This document shows, one piece after another, positions 54,077 to 63,815 of a stretch of DNA of 64,000 nucleotides; the first letter of the stretch is position 1, and every line of letters starts with the position of its first letter. The DNA comes from a virus (lineage: Duplodnaviria > Caudoviricetes). Below the pieces are notes generated by a model. It saw only the letters and a program-made list of their open reading frames with translations. It was not told the DNA's origin and did not search any database. The stretch covers positions 148 to 64,147 of the IMG/VR virus record IMGVR_UViG_3300032677_000029; one strand, written 5' to 3'. The translations under genes and the position numbers were made by a program.

Positions 54077-56520
54077 TATCTTCTGCCATCAGGTCTAATA
54101 TCAATACGAGGGCTACCTAGCTGCCAAGCTACATCTTTATCTGTCGATTCAATTCTAAAGGCCATTTGGCGACCACGAAGGCGTGTATAAACTTGCCCTG
54201 TAAACTGTTGAATTGTGTATTCTGGTACTGTCGTATAGTTTTGCGCCGACTGTACTTGCGGAGAGTCTGCTTGACCGTATGGTGTACCAGAGTTTTGACG
54301 GGGTTTAACTGTCATAGTAACAGTAGGTTCATTAGAAGTAGAGCCGTTAAAGTTTACGTCAGGTAGTATGCGCCATACAAAACCAAAGTTATGTCCATCC
54401 CCAATGTCAAAGTCGGAGCTTTGTACGTAAGAATAGATAGCTTGTGGGCTTGTTGTGGCACCGTCGTTGCAACCATTCTCGTGGTAAACCAATCTGTTAT
54501 TGTAGTCGGCGGCGATGGGGTATTGAATAATGCCAGTTTGGAACCAAGCAGAACGGTTCATATTACCGTAGTACCAGACTCTATCTAGATAGTTATAAAT
54601 AACGTATTTGTCTACTGTAGTACCGCCGCTTGATTCGCTAACATAAAACCACCAAACCTCGTTAAAGGCTTCATTGTTCCCCGCAAATACTTGGTAGGAC
54701 TGGTCTTGATTTATGTCTGCAAAAATATACTGGCGTAATGAGCAAGGTAGAACTTCTACTCGTCCAGAATACATGTAGAATCTATCACGCCCCATCCAAT
54801 AAGTAACGTTATTAACAGTAATCATGGAATTAGGGGACATTACTGAGATGTTATCCATTAATACTTGGAAACCCCAAACATACGGAGCACCTAAATACTG
54901 CATAGAATACAGACAGGAATCAGTCCAAACTAAAATCTCTTGGCGTGTAGCACGAGCGCCCATAATATAGGAGCCGTTGGTAAGCAAATATTCGCCAGAT
55001 TGATTAGTGGCTATTGGTACCCACTGGTAAGGATTAGCTTGGTCTGACCACCGTACTAACATTGGGTTAAACGTAGTTGCTGCATTATTTGGAATGTATG
55101 AATTGGCTCCAAATGCAATAACAAATTCTTGAATAGCTGAGGTAATAACTTGGTACGTTGATGTTGGCACAAAAGAACCAGCATATGAGAAAGAATAAGT
55201 ACCTGACTGTGTACCTGTTGTTGGGCTTGTTATAGGTACTGTAGTAGAGCCAGTAACATAATTTGAGGCTATCTTAGTACCTGCAGCGATGTGGGTTCCT
55301 GTAATTACCATGTACGGATATAGGTTAGGCGCAAGAGAAGCTGATACTGTGATACTAGATGCGCCAGAAGAAAACGATGTACCCGACCCACCATCAGTAT
55401 AGGCAACAGTAGAATTAGCTAAAGAACTTACATATGTTGCGGGTGTTGATACGCCGCTGCTATCTGACCAATAGAATATAGGTCCACCACGAGGAGCTAA
55501 AACAAGGTCAGAACCATAGTTATCATTTGTCCATAAACGCAACTGTTGTCCAATACCAGTGGAGTATGCTGTACCCCAACCACGAGGCTGGTTTGTTGCT
55601 GTAACGCTAGAGCCACCACCTGCAGAAGATGAAGATGCTGTTGATGAATAAGTAATTGAATATGTATTAGCTGTTAATACAGTAACTTGATACGTATTAT
55701 TAATTTGAGCAGTAGTAAAGCCAGCAAATGCTGTTCCACCAGCAAAGGTTACATAAGTGCCAGTACTGTATCCGTGTGCCGTTTGAGTTACTACGACTGT
55801 TGCTGAACCGCTAGTTGGTAAAAATGGATTAGAGCCTAAAGATACTGTTGCACCTAAAGTTCCACCCCAAGGCCCAGCGCCCCAACCATTACCTACAACA
55901 TAGGTATTTAAACCAGCAGGATACTTATATGCAATAGTAACTGTACCACCGCCCACTCCCGTAACTGGCACAGTTGACTGAATTGTATACTGCGTAGAAG
56001 AAATAACTGAAGTAACAGTATAAACACCAGCTAGAGTAACTCCAGTGCCATAGTAACCACCCCAAGCATCAACACCCCAGCCATCAACACCCCATCCAGC
56101 TGCAGAACCTACAGGAGCACTACTTGTAATATATACAGAGTCTCCAACACCAGGATTATAGGAAACGTCGGTAACTGTAACAACTGTTGTGCCATTGCCC
56201 GTAAATGGGTTTGTTAGCGTATCTGTTTGAATCACAGGGGTAATGTCGTAATAAACACCACCTTGATAAATGTAATAGTTACTATTAGTGCCTAGCCCTA
56301 TATAGACCGTTCCAGTACCGCCATCGCCATCTGCCCATACCCATAAAGAACGACAAACGCCTTGGAATTGACTATTGGAAATTTGTTGCCAACCGCCTAA
56401 TTTTTCAGGAAAACCAGAACGAAAACGAATCTTATCCCCATCATACCAACCTCCTTCATTGGAGTAGTCAGTGCCTTCACGGTTAAGTCCGGGTCTAAAT
56501 TGTAGTTTTTGTAATGGCAT
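54076..56520 (-). CDS. Tail tubular protein B / P22 gp10-like DNA stabilisation protein
   Basis: MPLQKLQFRPG...VRWSDQ...EVWWFY...RLRGRQ...PDGRR. Confidence 0.75.
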   Translation of the reverse strand: MPLQKLQFRPGLNREGTDYSNEGGWYDGDKIRFRSGFPEKLGGWQQISNSQFQGVCRSLWVWADGDGGTGTVYIGLGTNSNYYIYQGGVYYDITPVIQTDTLTNPFTGNGTTVVTVTDVSYNPGVGDSVYITSSAPVGSAAGWGVDGWGVDAWGGYYGTGVTLAGVYTVTSVISSTQYTIQSTVPVTGVGGGTVTIAYKYPAGLNTYVVGNGWGAGPWGGTLGATVSLGSNPFLPTSGSATVVVTQTAHGYSTGTYVTFAGGTAFAGFTTAQINNTYQVTVLTANTYSITYSSTASSSSAGGGSSVTATNQPRGWGTAYSTGIGQQLRLWTNDNYGSDLVLAPRGGPIFYWSDSSGVSTPATYVSSLANSTVAYTDGGSGTSFSSGASSITVSASLAPNLYPYMVITGTHIAAGTKIASNYVTGSTTVPITSPTTGTQSGTYSFSYAGSFVPTSTYQVITSAIQEFVIAFGANSYIPNNAATTFNPMLVRWSDQANPYQWVPIATNQSGEYLLTNGSYIMGARATRQEILVWTDSCLYSMQYLGAPYVWGFQVLMDNISVMSPNSMITVNNVTYWMGRDRFYMYSGRVEVLPCSLRQYIFADINQDQSYQVFAGNNEAFNEVWWFYVSESSGGTTVDKYVIYNYLDRVWYYGNMNRSAWFQTGIIQYPIAADYNNRLVYHENGCNDGATTSPQAIYSYVQSSDFDIGDGHNFGFVWRILPDVNFNGSTSNEPTVTMTVKPRQNSGTPYGQADSPQVQSAQNYTTVPEYTIQQFTGQVYTRLRGRQMAFRIESTDKDVAWQLGSPRIDIRPDGRR

Positions 56521-56526
56521 ACGGGT

Positions 56527-57048
56527 TTACCCTAGCATCTTTAGTGACATGGCTTTAACTTCATTTACCCGCTTTTCCCAGCCTTTACCGAATACAGGAA
56601 AAGTTTTAAGGGACTTTAGAAATTGTAACCGATTATCACAGTATTCTTCAACTAGAGTCTTAGCTGCATCTCCCTTAAACTGGCTCACGGCAGCCATAGT
56701 AGTTGTACCAAAACCGCCATCAGGAGCAACCCCAATGCAGTTCTGCAAAGCCTTAATAGCACGCCCGACCCCGGAATTAACAGCATAGTCAAAAACAGCG
56801 TAGTCAAGACCAGATATAAGCTCATCAGCTCTGCAAGCATCCCAGTACTTTCTTTTATATAAAGGCGCAACTATAGATGGGGTTAGAGCCCGCATTTGTT
56901 TTTCATTTACATCATGCCCTACCCACATAGCCCAAGTTGCGGCAGTAACTCCAAGGTTTGTCATCCCACCGGGATCATCTTTATTATCAACAAATCCTGC
57001 TTCATGGATTAAAAGCGCTGTTAAAGCATCTGCAAAATTGTCTTTCAT
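56527..57048 (-). CDS. Endolysin (GH108 + peptidoglycan-binding domain)
   Basis: HEAGFV...DPGGMTNLGVT...FDYAVNSG...FGKGWEKR. Confidence 0.9.
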   Translation of the reverse strand: MKDNFADALTALLIHEAGFVDNKDDPGGMTNLGVTAATWAMWVGHDVNEKQMRALTPSIVAPLYKRKYWDACRADELISGLDYAVFDYAVNSGVGRAIKALQNCIGVAPDGGFGTTTMAAVSQFKGDAAKTLVEEYCDNRLQFLKSLKTFPVFGKGWEKRVNEVKAMSLKMLG

Positions 57049-57470
57049 TTAATACCAATCTGTTCATTAAGCCATTTTTGAAGTTCAACAAGCATCAACG
57101 TTGTTTGGGCGCAATTTCCAGCAAGTTCATTGTAGGCGGCGATAACATCAGCTGACTTGGGGGCTGCGGAAATACCGGACATGGTACTGCTATTGGGGTT
57201 GTTCCACACGCTAGTAGACTTATAGTAGTTGCGAAGAGCAGCATACTTAGCTTCGTATTCATCAGAAATTCCTTTAGTTACAAGTTCGTGTTGCTTTTGG
57301 ATTGACTCCGTTTGCGCTTGCTGTTTCTCTGCTGCGACTTGGATTGCTGTTTTGTATATAGTAAAATCCCTATCCCGCATATGCCAGCCAGCAAAAAACA
57401 CCAAGCATAGAGCAGAAACAATAAGTCCAGCTTTGACGATATTTGCATAGTTACCTAAAAGGCCCCACAT
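57045..57470 (-). CDS. Inner-membrane spanin (Rz-like)
   Basis: N-terminal TM helix followed by coiled coil; hosts an embedded lipoprotein ORF. Confidence 0.8.
   Translation of the reverse strand: MWGLLGNYANIVKAGLIVSALCLVFFAGWHMRDRDFTIYKTAIQVAAEKQQAQTESIQKQHELVTKGISDEYEAKYAALRNYYKSTSVWNNPNSSTMSGISAAPKSADVIAAYNELAGNCAQTTLMLVELQKWLNEQIGIK
57095..57262 (-). CDS. Outer-membrane spanin lipoprotein (Rz1-like, embedded)
   Basis: Manually read alternate frame MNTKLSMLLFATTISLLA|CGTTPIAVPCPVFPQPP...; LLAC lipobox, Pro-rich, AAAGGA RBS. Confidence 0.85.
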   Translation of the reverse strand: MNTKLSMLLFATTISLLACGTTPIAVPCPVFPQPPSQLMLSPPTMNLLEIAPKQR

Positions 57471-57691
57471 TACTGAGGCTCCGCATCTTTTTTCATCATA
57501 ACTGCAGCCCCATGTGCGCCGGCAACAATACCAAACGCTTCTGCTAACTCTCTTAAGCTAACCGCACTGTGCATTGCTTCATAACCCGCTAGGGCAATAA
57601 CTGCAAGTAAACAAATTAACCAACTCCACCTAGCAATATCTTGAGTATGGTTATCTCTCCCAGTTAGAAGCTGGTTAAGAAAGTCTTTCAT
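57470..57691 (-). CDS. Putative holin
   Basis: 73 aa, two hydrophobic helices, charged C-terminus, next to spanins and endolysin. Confidence 0.65.
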   Translation of the reverse strand: MKDFLNQLLTGRDNHTQDIARWSWLICLLAVIALAGYEAMHSAVSLRELAEAFGIVAGAHGAAVMMKKDAEPQ

Positions 57692-58236
57692 CTAAAGCCA
57701 CTTATTCTTGGTGAAAAGACAAATGTTGCAATATATGGATTTGGTTTTGGATTTACGTTTGGATCAATTAAAGCACGAATGTTCCATCCTAAGTTGATGT
57801 AAATACAACGGCTAAAACCAATAGGAATAATCCAAGCAAACTGAAATAACCCATTAGCCTTAACTAATAACCGACCAGCTTTAGCGTTGTCGTTATCCTT
57901 GATTGTTGGATCGCCTTTATAGCTTGTTTGGTATGGAGCATTTAAAGTGCGAATGCCAAATGACGGTGCAGGGTTACGCACAATCCATTTAACTTTGCTC
58001 CAGTATGAAGGTGGGTTTGCAGCTTCGAAAGTAGCATCGCCATCTAAAGAATTATCCCAAGTCTGAAACCAATTTAACCATTTAGGTAAGCGTGGACCAA
58101 ACCCTTCTTTAGAGCCGTTATCTAGCCAACCATAAGTGTTTTTGGCAAATACAGGAAGGATAGGCGCAAAAATTACCGCTAACAAAGTAATTAGCAAAGA
58201 AAGCGGCACCAGTACAGTGTACAGGAGATATATCAT
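57688..58236 (-). CDS. Membrane-anchored conserved phage protein
   Basis: N-terminal TM; LP.WL.WFQT.DNSLDGD...WIVRNP. Confidence 0.65.
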   Translation of the reverse strand: MIYLLYTVLVPLSLLITLLAVIFAPILPVFAKNTYGWLDNGSKEGFGPRLPKWLNWFQTWDNSLDGDATFEAANPPSYWSKVKWIVRNPAPSFGIRTLNAPYQTSYKGDPTIKDNDNAKAGRLLVKANGLFQFAWIIPIGFSRCIYINLGWNIRALIDPNVNPKPNPYIATFVFSPRISGFR

Positions 58237-59825
58237 AAAGCTGAAATTACAAAAGCAATCACTTGGTCATACCGTACGCCTAAACGAGTGCAGGCAATAA
58301 CCGCTGCTTTTTTCAATGTACCGTCTGGGTAATATACCGCTTCTTCTGCAGGGATATCATCAGAACAGAACATACCATATCTAGTTGGGTCAAGCCCTTC
58401 AGCTACAAATGCATCTCTAATGTCCTGTGCAATAAAGCCAACATGGATACGTGCGCTATCTGCACCTTTTTCAGCAACAGAATCTTTCCATTTATACTTC
58501 TTAACCAAGCCTTTAATTCTTGTAGCCACACGTTTTTCTGTTTCATCTAAACTTGATATTTCTGTTTTTTCATTTTCATCAGAAGTATTAATTACGTTGC
58601 TAACCGCATATATCTGTGTCCATCTATTAGCTGCTCCACCGCAAGCAACACTATTATCAGAATACGGAAGCAATGATTTATTAGCGTATATATAGCTTGG
58701 GTCTAAAATAAGCACATCATTAAAAACAGATGTGTTAACTGCAAATTGCATTTGATTGGAGGTATAAAAAATTGATGTATATTGAGAAAAATTTAAAGCG
58801 CCATTTCCTAGGCTAGTGCCAACTCCAGGAAAGTTTATTCCGTTATTAAATGTATTTCCAGAACCAGACCAAACATTGGTTCCACTTAATTGACCGCCAG
58901 TAGACGTAGTTAATAACCCTGCAGAAGCAAAAGAAGTTGCGCCTATACCACCGTTAGCAATGTTTAATGTACCACCAAGAGTGATTGCCCCTGTAGTCGG
59001 TGTACTTGGAGTTAAACCAGTTCCACTAGCAGAAAAGCTAGATACTGCACCAGCAGCGGCCCAGTTAAGAGTAGAGCCATTGTATTGCAAAGTAAGTGGG
59101 GTGCCGCCAGTAGGAGTAAGGAATGATGTGTTACCCGCAGAAGTTTGATATGGGACTGAGTTAGCACTACCGCCAGCAAGATTAGATGCCGTAGTTACGC
59201 TACCAGTAGACCATGCATATGCAGAGCCATTCCAAGTTAAATAAGAGCCTGTAGTTGGAGCTGGGGTATACCCTGTAGCATTAGCGCCTGTTTGATACGG
59301 TATTTGTCCTGTTGCACCGCCAGCAAGTTGGGGAACGCCACCGGATGTGGCAAAAGTAGCACCTGTAACCGTACCAGTAGCTGTAATTGTTCCACTAATA
59401 CTTAAGTTACCGCCAGTAAAGCCCGTAATACCAGAGCTAAAGTTTGTACCATCACAGTAGACTAAAGTAGTAACTCCATTAGGAATAGTAACAATTGAGC
59501 CTGTAGAAGCACCGATAGTAATAGAGAATCCACCAGTAGTTTGGTTAGATATGATATAAACCTTAGGCTGCAATGGAGCAACAATAGCGTTTGTACCAGA
59601 GGTTGCACCGTTAACAATAATAACTGCTTTTCTAGATTGGTCGGTTGCACCGTTGGCAACGGATAGGGTAGCCCCTGTTGTGCCTGATACGGAGACTGTT
59701 GCTACACCAGCTACAGAATCTTCAATTAATTGCCAGTTGGTATTGGTAGTTGTACCCCAAGTACCTGATTGTTCGCCGTTACCGATTTGGGTAAGCGTTA
59801 GACTGGGTGTATATGTAGAGCTCAT
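58233..59825 (-). CDS. Tail fibre with C-terminal intramolecular chaperone (peptidase S74-like)
   Basis: GEQSGTWG.TTN.N N-terminus; TSDENEK...KYKWK...HVGFIAQD...GVRYDQ. Confidence 0.85.
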   Translation of the reverse strand: MSSTYTPSLTLTQIGNGEQSGTWGTTTNTNWQLIEDSVAGVATVSVSGTTGATLSVANGATDQSRKAVIIVNGATSGTNAIVAPLQPKVYIISNQTTGGFSITIGASTGSIVTIPNGVTTLVYCDGTNFSSGITGFTGGNLSISGTITATGTVTGATFATSGGVPQLAGGATGQIPYQTGANATGYTPAPTTGSYLTWNGSAYAWSTGSVTTASNLAGGSANSVPYQTSAGNTSFLTPTGGTPLTLQYNGSTLNWAAAGAVSSFSASGTGLTPSTPTTGAITLGGTLNIANGGIGATSFASAGLLTTSTGGQLSGTNVWSGSGNTFNNGINFPGVGTSLGNGALNFSQYTSIFYTSNQMQFAVNTSVFNDVLILDPSYIYANKSLLPYSDNSVACGGAANRWTQIYAVSNVINTSDENEKTEISSLDETEKRVATRIKGLVKKYKWKDSVAEKGADSARIHVGFIAQDIRDAFVAEGLDPTRYGMFCSDDIPAEEAVYYPDGTLKKAAVIACTRLGVRYDQVIAFVISAL

Positions 59826-59834
59826 AATTTGTCC

Positions 59835-60704
59835 TTATTGATTGTCATCTATGTCTTTCCAACCTGGGTTTTGAGCGTTATTGACTGGCGCCCATGTAGT
59901 TGCCTGACTATCGTTGATTTTAACCCATCCTGCGGTAATAAGCGAGTCTAGCAGGTTGACATTTTCTGTAATCGCAGCCACAAAGCTTGTTTGAACCGAG
60001 TTAGAATCCCCCAAAACAAAGTTTTCGGTAATAGCTAGGCTAAATACGCTAATAATTGAAGCGGTATCAGCAACAGATAAGTTCTCTGTAATGGCTAAAA
60101 TAAACGTTTGAACAATGCTTTCTACGTCTGCCAGCGTAGCGTTTTCGCTAATAGTCAAGGCATATTGCGCTGCCAAAGAAATAACAGCAGCTACGGTAAT
60201 ATTCTCGGTAATGCTAGCTGCAAACTGGGCGGTAGCCGACCTAGAATCTGCCAAACTCAATGGTTCCGCTATGGTATTTACAAACGCAGATTGGGTAGAA
60301 TTTAAGTCTAAAATACTGTTAATTGATTCAGAGCGGTCTTCTAAAGCGGCAAAATAAGACACCAAAACATCAGCAACAGTTAAATTTTCAGATTGTGAAA
60401 ACACGTAGTTATTGAGTGGAGAATTAGCATCAGCGAAATTAACGTTCTCTGTAATGCTAAACAAGGCAATTGAAGATATTGTTGGCGTGTCAGCTAAACC
60501 AACGTTTTCTGAAACCGATCCAAAGAAAATAACGCCTTGGGAATTAACATCATTTAAAGTAACTGGCTCAGTAATACTTTGTAGAAATGCGCTAGCCTGT
60601 GTATTTGAGTCGGCTAAGCTAACGTTTTCGGTAATACTAAGTGCATAAGCATTCGTGCCTAATGAGGCAAAAGGAGATTGAGCAAATGCACTTATTCCAA
60701 ACAT
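59835..60704 (-). CDS. Structural protein with about twelve 20-aa repeats
   Basis: MFGISAFAQSPFASLG start, then repeated (S/A)ITENxxLAD units. Confidence 0.7.
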   Translation of the reverse strand: MFGISAFAQSPFASLGTNAYALSITENVSLADSNTQASAFLQSITEPVTLNDVNSQGVIFFGSVSENVGLADTPTISSIALFSITENVNFADANSPLNNYVFSQSENLTVADVLVSYFAALEDRSESINSILDLNSTQSAFVNTIAEPLSLADSRSATAQFAASITENITVAAVISLAAQYALTISENATLADVESIVQTFILAITENLSVADTASIISVFSLAITENFVLGDSNSVQTSFVAAITENVNLLDSLITAGWVKINDSQATTWAPVNNAQNPGWKDIDDNQ

Positions 60705-61228
60705 TAACTACTCCATTGTTCCGTAGGTGCTGTAGGAAATACTGCATCCCATGTAGGGTTTACTGCAATGTTTCTAATTGTACTGCGATAGGTTGTGAAC
60801 TCAGCTTGATTCATTAAATAAGGGTTAGACTTTAATGGGTCTGCAACATCGGCAATAGAAGTCCAGTCAGTATTAGTAAGGATTTGCTGGGCTTTAGTTT
60901 TGTTTTGTTGAGCAAGATTAGCATCATAGGCGGCTTGTTCTTCAGGAGTAAAGTCTGTAATAGTCCATTCCAAAGTCCATATTTCGCCTACTAATGTAGG
61001 GTCGGCATTAAGGGTGCAGTTTTGATGTGCTTGGTCATAAGCTGGTTGGGGTGCGTTAACTACCTCAGCTAATGTATAACCATTCTCAATAGCCGTTGTG
61101 GTCTGTGGAAACCAATAAGCCACATCTTGATTGCTCCCATAGTTTGTATAGGGATTATCTGCTTGTAATTGAGCAAATCCATAAGGATAGGTAATTAGTT
61201 GCGTATCTTTAACTTCTGCGTATGCCAT
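60704..61228 (-). CDS. Tail fibre assembly chaperone-like protein
   Basis: YPY...L.NTDW....D...YR..IR...FPTAP C-terminus. Confidence 0.65.
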   Translation of the reverse strand: MAYAEVKDTQLITYPYGFAQLQADNPYTNYGSNQDVAYWFPQTTTAIENGYTLAEVVNAPQPAYDQAHQNCTLNADPTLVGEIWTLEWTITDFTPEEQAAYDANLAQQNKTKAQQILTNTDWTSIADVADPLKSNPYLMNQAEFTTYRSTIRNIAVNPTWDAVFPTAPTEQWSS

Positions 61229-61236
61229 TTTATGCC

Positions 61237-61719
61237 TTAGTTAATTACTGCCGTTGAAGTCTGTTTGTCAATGGTCATTTTACCTAAACAAGCCACATTA
61301 AAGTTATCGTTATAGCGAGTATCGTTATCTGAAATTTCGCCATAAGAAGGCACATTGACCTTTAAGTGCTTGAATAAAAACTCATTACCATCTTCAAACA
61401 CTCGCCATACATGGTCTATAGAGCCACGCCCTTCTTGACCTCTATCCTTATTAAAACGGATTTGATACTTATGTTCACCAGTAGGCTTTGTCACTTCTCC
61501 GTTAATAGTGCAAGTAGAGGTATCTTTATCTATATCCATAGTGCCATGACAAAAGACTGAATAATCTGCACCTGTTTGTTGGTCTATTAATGTGGAATTA
61601 ATGACGACATTTTTAAACAAATACTCTTTATCGTTCTCAAAGATTCTCCAAACATGGTCAGTAGTACCACGACCTTCTTGACCACGGCTTTTATTAATTC
61701 TGACGAGATATTTGTTCAT
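61237..61719 (-). CDS. Protein made of two tandem copies of one ~80-aa domain
   Basis: KYxxRxNKxRGQEGRGxxDHVWRxFE...LFK occurs twice. Confidence 0.7.
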   Translation of the reverse strand: MNKYLVRINKSRGQEGRGTTDHVWRIFENDKEYLFKNVVINSTLIDQQTGADYSVFCHGTMDIDKDTSTCTINGEVTKPTGEHKYQIRFNKDRGQEGRGSIDHVWRVFEDGNEFLFKHLKVNVPSYGEISDNDTRYNDNFNVACLGKMTIDKQTSTAVIN

Positions 61720-62414
61720 ACAATAACTGGAGCTTCAGGTTGTGCAGGGGCTTGTCTTACACCAATATTAAAGTGAATAAAGCGGAATGATTTGCTAGAA
61801 CCGTTACGAGTAAAGGAATGTGGCAACCAAGCATTTGTAAAAATCAACATTCCCGGTTCTGGAATAAAGTTAATCATATTACTAGCGTTAGTGACTTCTT
61901 CACGATTGGTTTCATCCATGCTGATTTGTACTTTGCCCGGTCTTGGGTCATAAATAATCGCCCTTGGACAATCTTTAGGGGTATCAATAAAGTAAAAACC
62001 AACTAGCTGTGCGCCATTGTTCGGATGAACGTGCTGTTCCATTGAGGACAATTTATGATGCTCTTGACACCACATCGACTCAAAGAATGTATTTTTATCA
62101 GCCATTTGATAGCCTTGTGACTGAAGAATATTCCAGCCAGTAGAACCAACAAAGTTTGAAAAGTCAGCCATTCTAGGGTCATCAGCAAAGTTAGCAGTCT
62201 GATATAGTTCGCAAAGAGGGTTAGCTTGCATACCCATCTTCTTTAAAGATTTCACATTAGACTTAACGACTTCTTTAGCCGCCGCTAAATACTCAGGCTT
62301 TTTAATAATGTATACAGATGAAGGAAAGTAGTTGAGGATTGTTAGCTCATTACTTTCAATCACTTCTTTGACTGCTGTGTCATTGACATCATCTACTACT
62401 GTTACTGTGTTCAT
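61716..62414 (-). CDS. 2OG-Fe(II) oxygenase-like protein (TIGR02466-like)
   Basis: HVH...GFYF...DPRP...PEPGMLIF..WLPH...R.IHFN. Confidence 0.8.
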   Translation of the reverse strand: MNTVTVVDDVNDTAVKEVIESNELTILNYFPSSVYIIKKPEYLAAAKEVVKSNVKSLKKMGMQANPLCELYQTANFADDPRMADFSNFVGSTGWNILQSQGYQMADKNTFFESMWCQEHHKLSSMEQHVHPNNGAQLVGFYFIDTPKDCPRAIIYDPRPGKVQISMDETNREEVTNASNMINFIPEPGMLIFTNAWLPHSFTRNGSSKSFRFIHFNIGVRQAPAQPEAPVIV

Positions 62415-62461
62415 TTTAGTTCCTTAATTAAAAATACACTTTTTTAGTTTACAACAAACTT

Positions 62462-63376
62462 TTATGGACTTCCTACATTTGTAGATGGGAATGTTCTAGC
62501 GCAACCGGGATAGACGATACGGACTACTCCTACACCGCCCAATGACGCTGCTGGCGTAGTACATGGTCCATTGCCACCACCACCACCACCGTAAGTACCT
62601 CCAGCTCCACCTCTAGCTAAGGCAGCGTTTGCGCCACAGCTTCCCGAAGAACCACCACCGCCTCCAACACCTGCTGAGGTACTAATAGTGCCATTGCTAC
62701 CTTGTCCCAATATTCCAACGCCACCACCACCACCACCTGCGTAATAGCCAGTTCCAGCACCCAAACTACTTCCTGCTGGCATACCACCACCACCACCGCC
62801 ACCTAAACCTGCTGTAGGCGGTATGTATGAACACCCTGAAGGGACTCCCCCATGTCCACCTGCTCCAGCGTAACCACCTGCACCGCCTGCGCCACCACTT
62901 GCGCTGCCACCACCGCCAGTACCATACCCTAGTCCATTGCCACCACTACCCCCACCAGTACCTGTAAAAGAACCACCACTACTAGAGCAATTCCTCCAAA
63001 TGGCAGAGTTTCCACCACCACCTTTTACTGTGGTTGTATTAACAAAAGAGCTGTTTCCACCATGCACCACAGTTCCGCTATTACAACCAGTACCTGCTAC
63101 GCCAACAACAACTGAGTAAGAATTTCCTGGAATTACTGTGTAGTTATTTATATAGCCTAGCCCACCACCAGCACCCGCTGGAGTTGAGGCTACGCCGCAG
63201 CAGTAGAGTCTTGCTTTTGCCCCACCGCCACCCCCACCTACTGCTACAACAGAAACTTTAGTCACCCCAGAAGGAGCTACCCAAGAGTAAGTACCAGCAG
63301 TTGTATAAGATTGTGAACCCGGAGGAGTACCAAAACTTCTTTGATTTTGAAAAACAGCCTGTAGTGAGCCAGCCAT
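62462..63376 (-). CDS. Glycine-rich tail fibre / receptor-binding-like protein
   Basis: GTYSWVAPSGVT.VSVVAVGGGGGG...GVVRIVYPG; polyglycine runs with scattered Cys. Confidence 0.75.
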   Translation of the reverse strand: MAGSLQAVFQNQRSFGTPPGSQSYTTAGTYSWVAPSGVTKVSVVAVGGGGGGAKARLYCCGVASTPAGAGGGLGYINNYTVIPGNSYSVVVGVAGTGCNSGTVVHGGNSSFVNTTTVKGGGGNSAIWRNCSSSGGSFTGTGGGSGGNGLGYGTGGGGSASGGAGGAGGYAGAGGHGGVPSGCSYIPPTAGLGGGGGGGMPAGSSLGAGTGYYAGGGGGGVGILGQGSNGTISTSAGVGGGGGSSGSCGANAALARGGAGGTYGGGGGGNGPCTTPAASLGGVGVVRIVYPGCARTFPSTNVGSP

Positions 63377-63377
63377 A

Positions 63378-63812
63378 TTAGGTTAGTCCTGAACCAGAGA
63401 TAAGCCATACACCAGCAGAAGAAAGACCCGCTACTTTTACTGCGGTAGCAGAGCCATATTGAGCTAGTGTCCTAGAGCCTGTAGTGCCAGCAGAAGATAG
63501 GTACATCGTGTCAGTAGTAATTGCAATAGTGACTGCTTGTGAAGTCATATTAATAAAGCTAATAGCTGTACCCAATGGATAAGCTACAGAAGATGCTGCT
63601 GGAATTGTATATGTTCTGACATTAGCGTCAGTTGAGGGATGTAAGATACTTTTGCCAGCATCAGATAAAACTAATGTATAAGCTGTTGATTGACTGTTTA
63701 AAGGAATATTAATATATCCAGCACCATTTGTGCCATCAACCGTAAAGTTTGCCAAAGTGCCAGAAGAATTAGCGCCTTCAGCAAGAATAGATAGGTTACG
63801 AGATATTGTCAT
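63378..63812 (-). CDS. Short tail fibre-associated protein
   Basis: MTISRNLS...IPLNSQSTAYTLVLSDAGK...WLISG. Confidence 0.7.
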   Translation of the reverse strand: MTISRNLSILAEGANSSGTLANFTVDGTNGAGYINIPLNSQSTAYTLVLSDAGKSILHPSTDANVRTYTIPAASSVAYPLGTAISFINMTSQAVTIAITTDTMYLSSAGTTGSRTLAQYGSATAVKVAGLSSAGVWLISGSGLT

Positions 63813-63815
63813 AGG

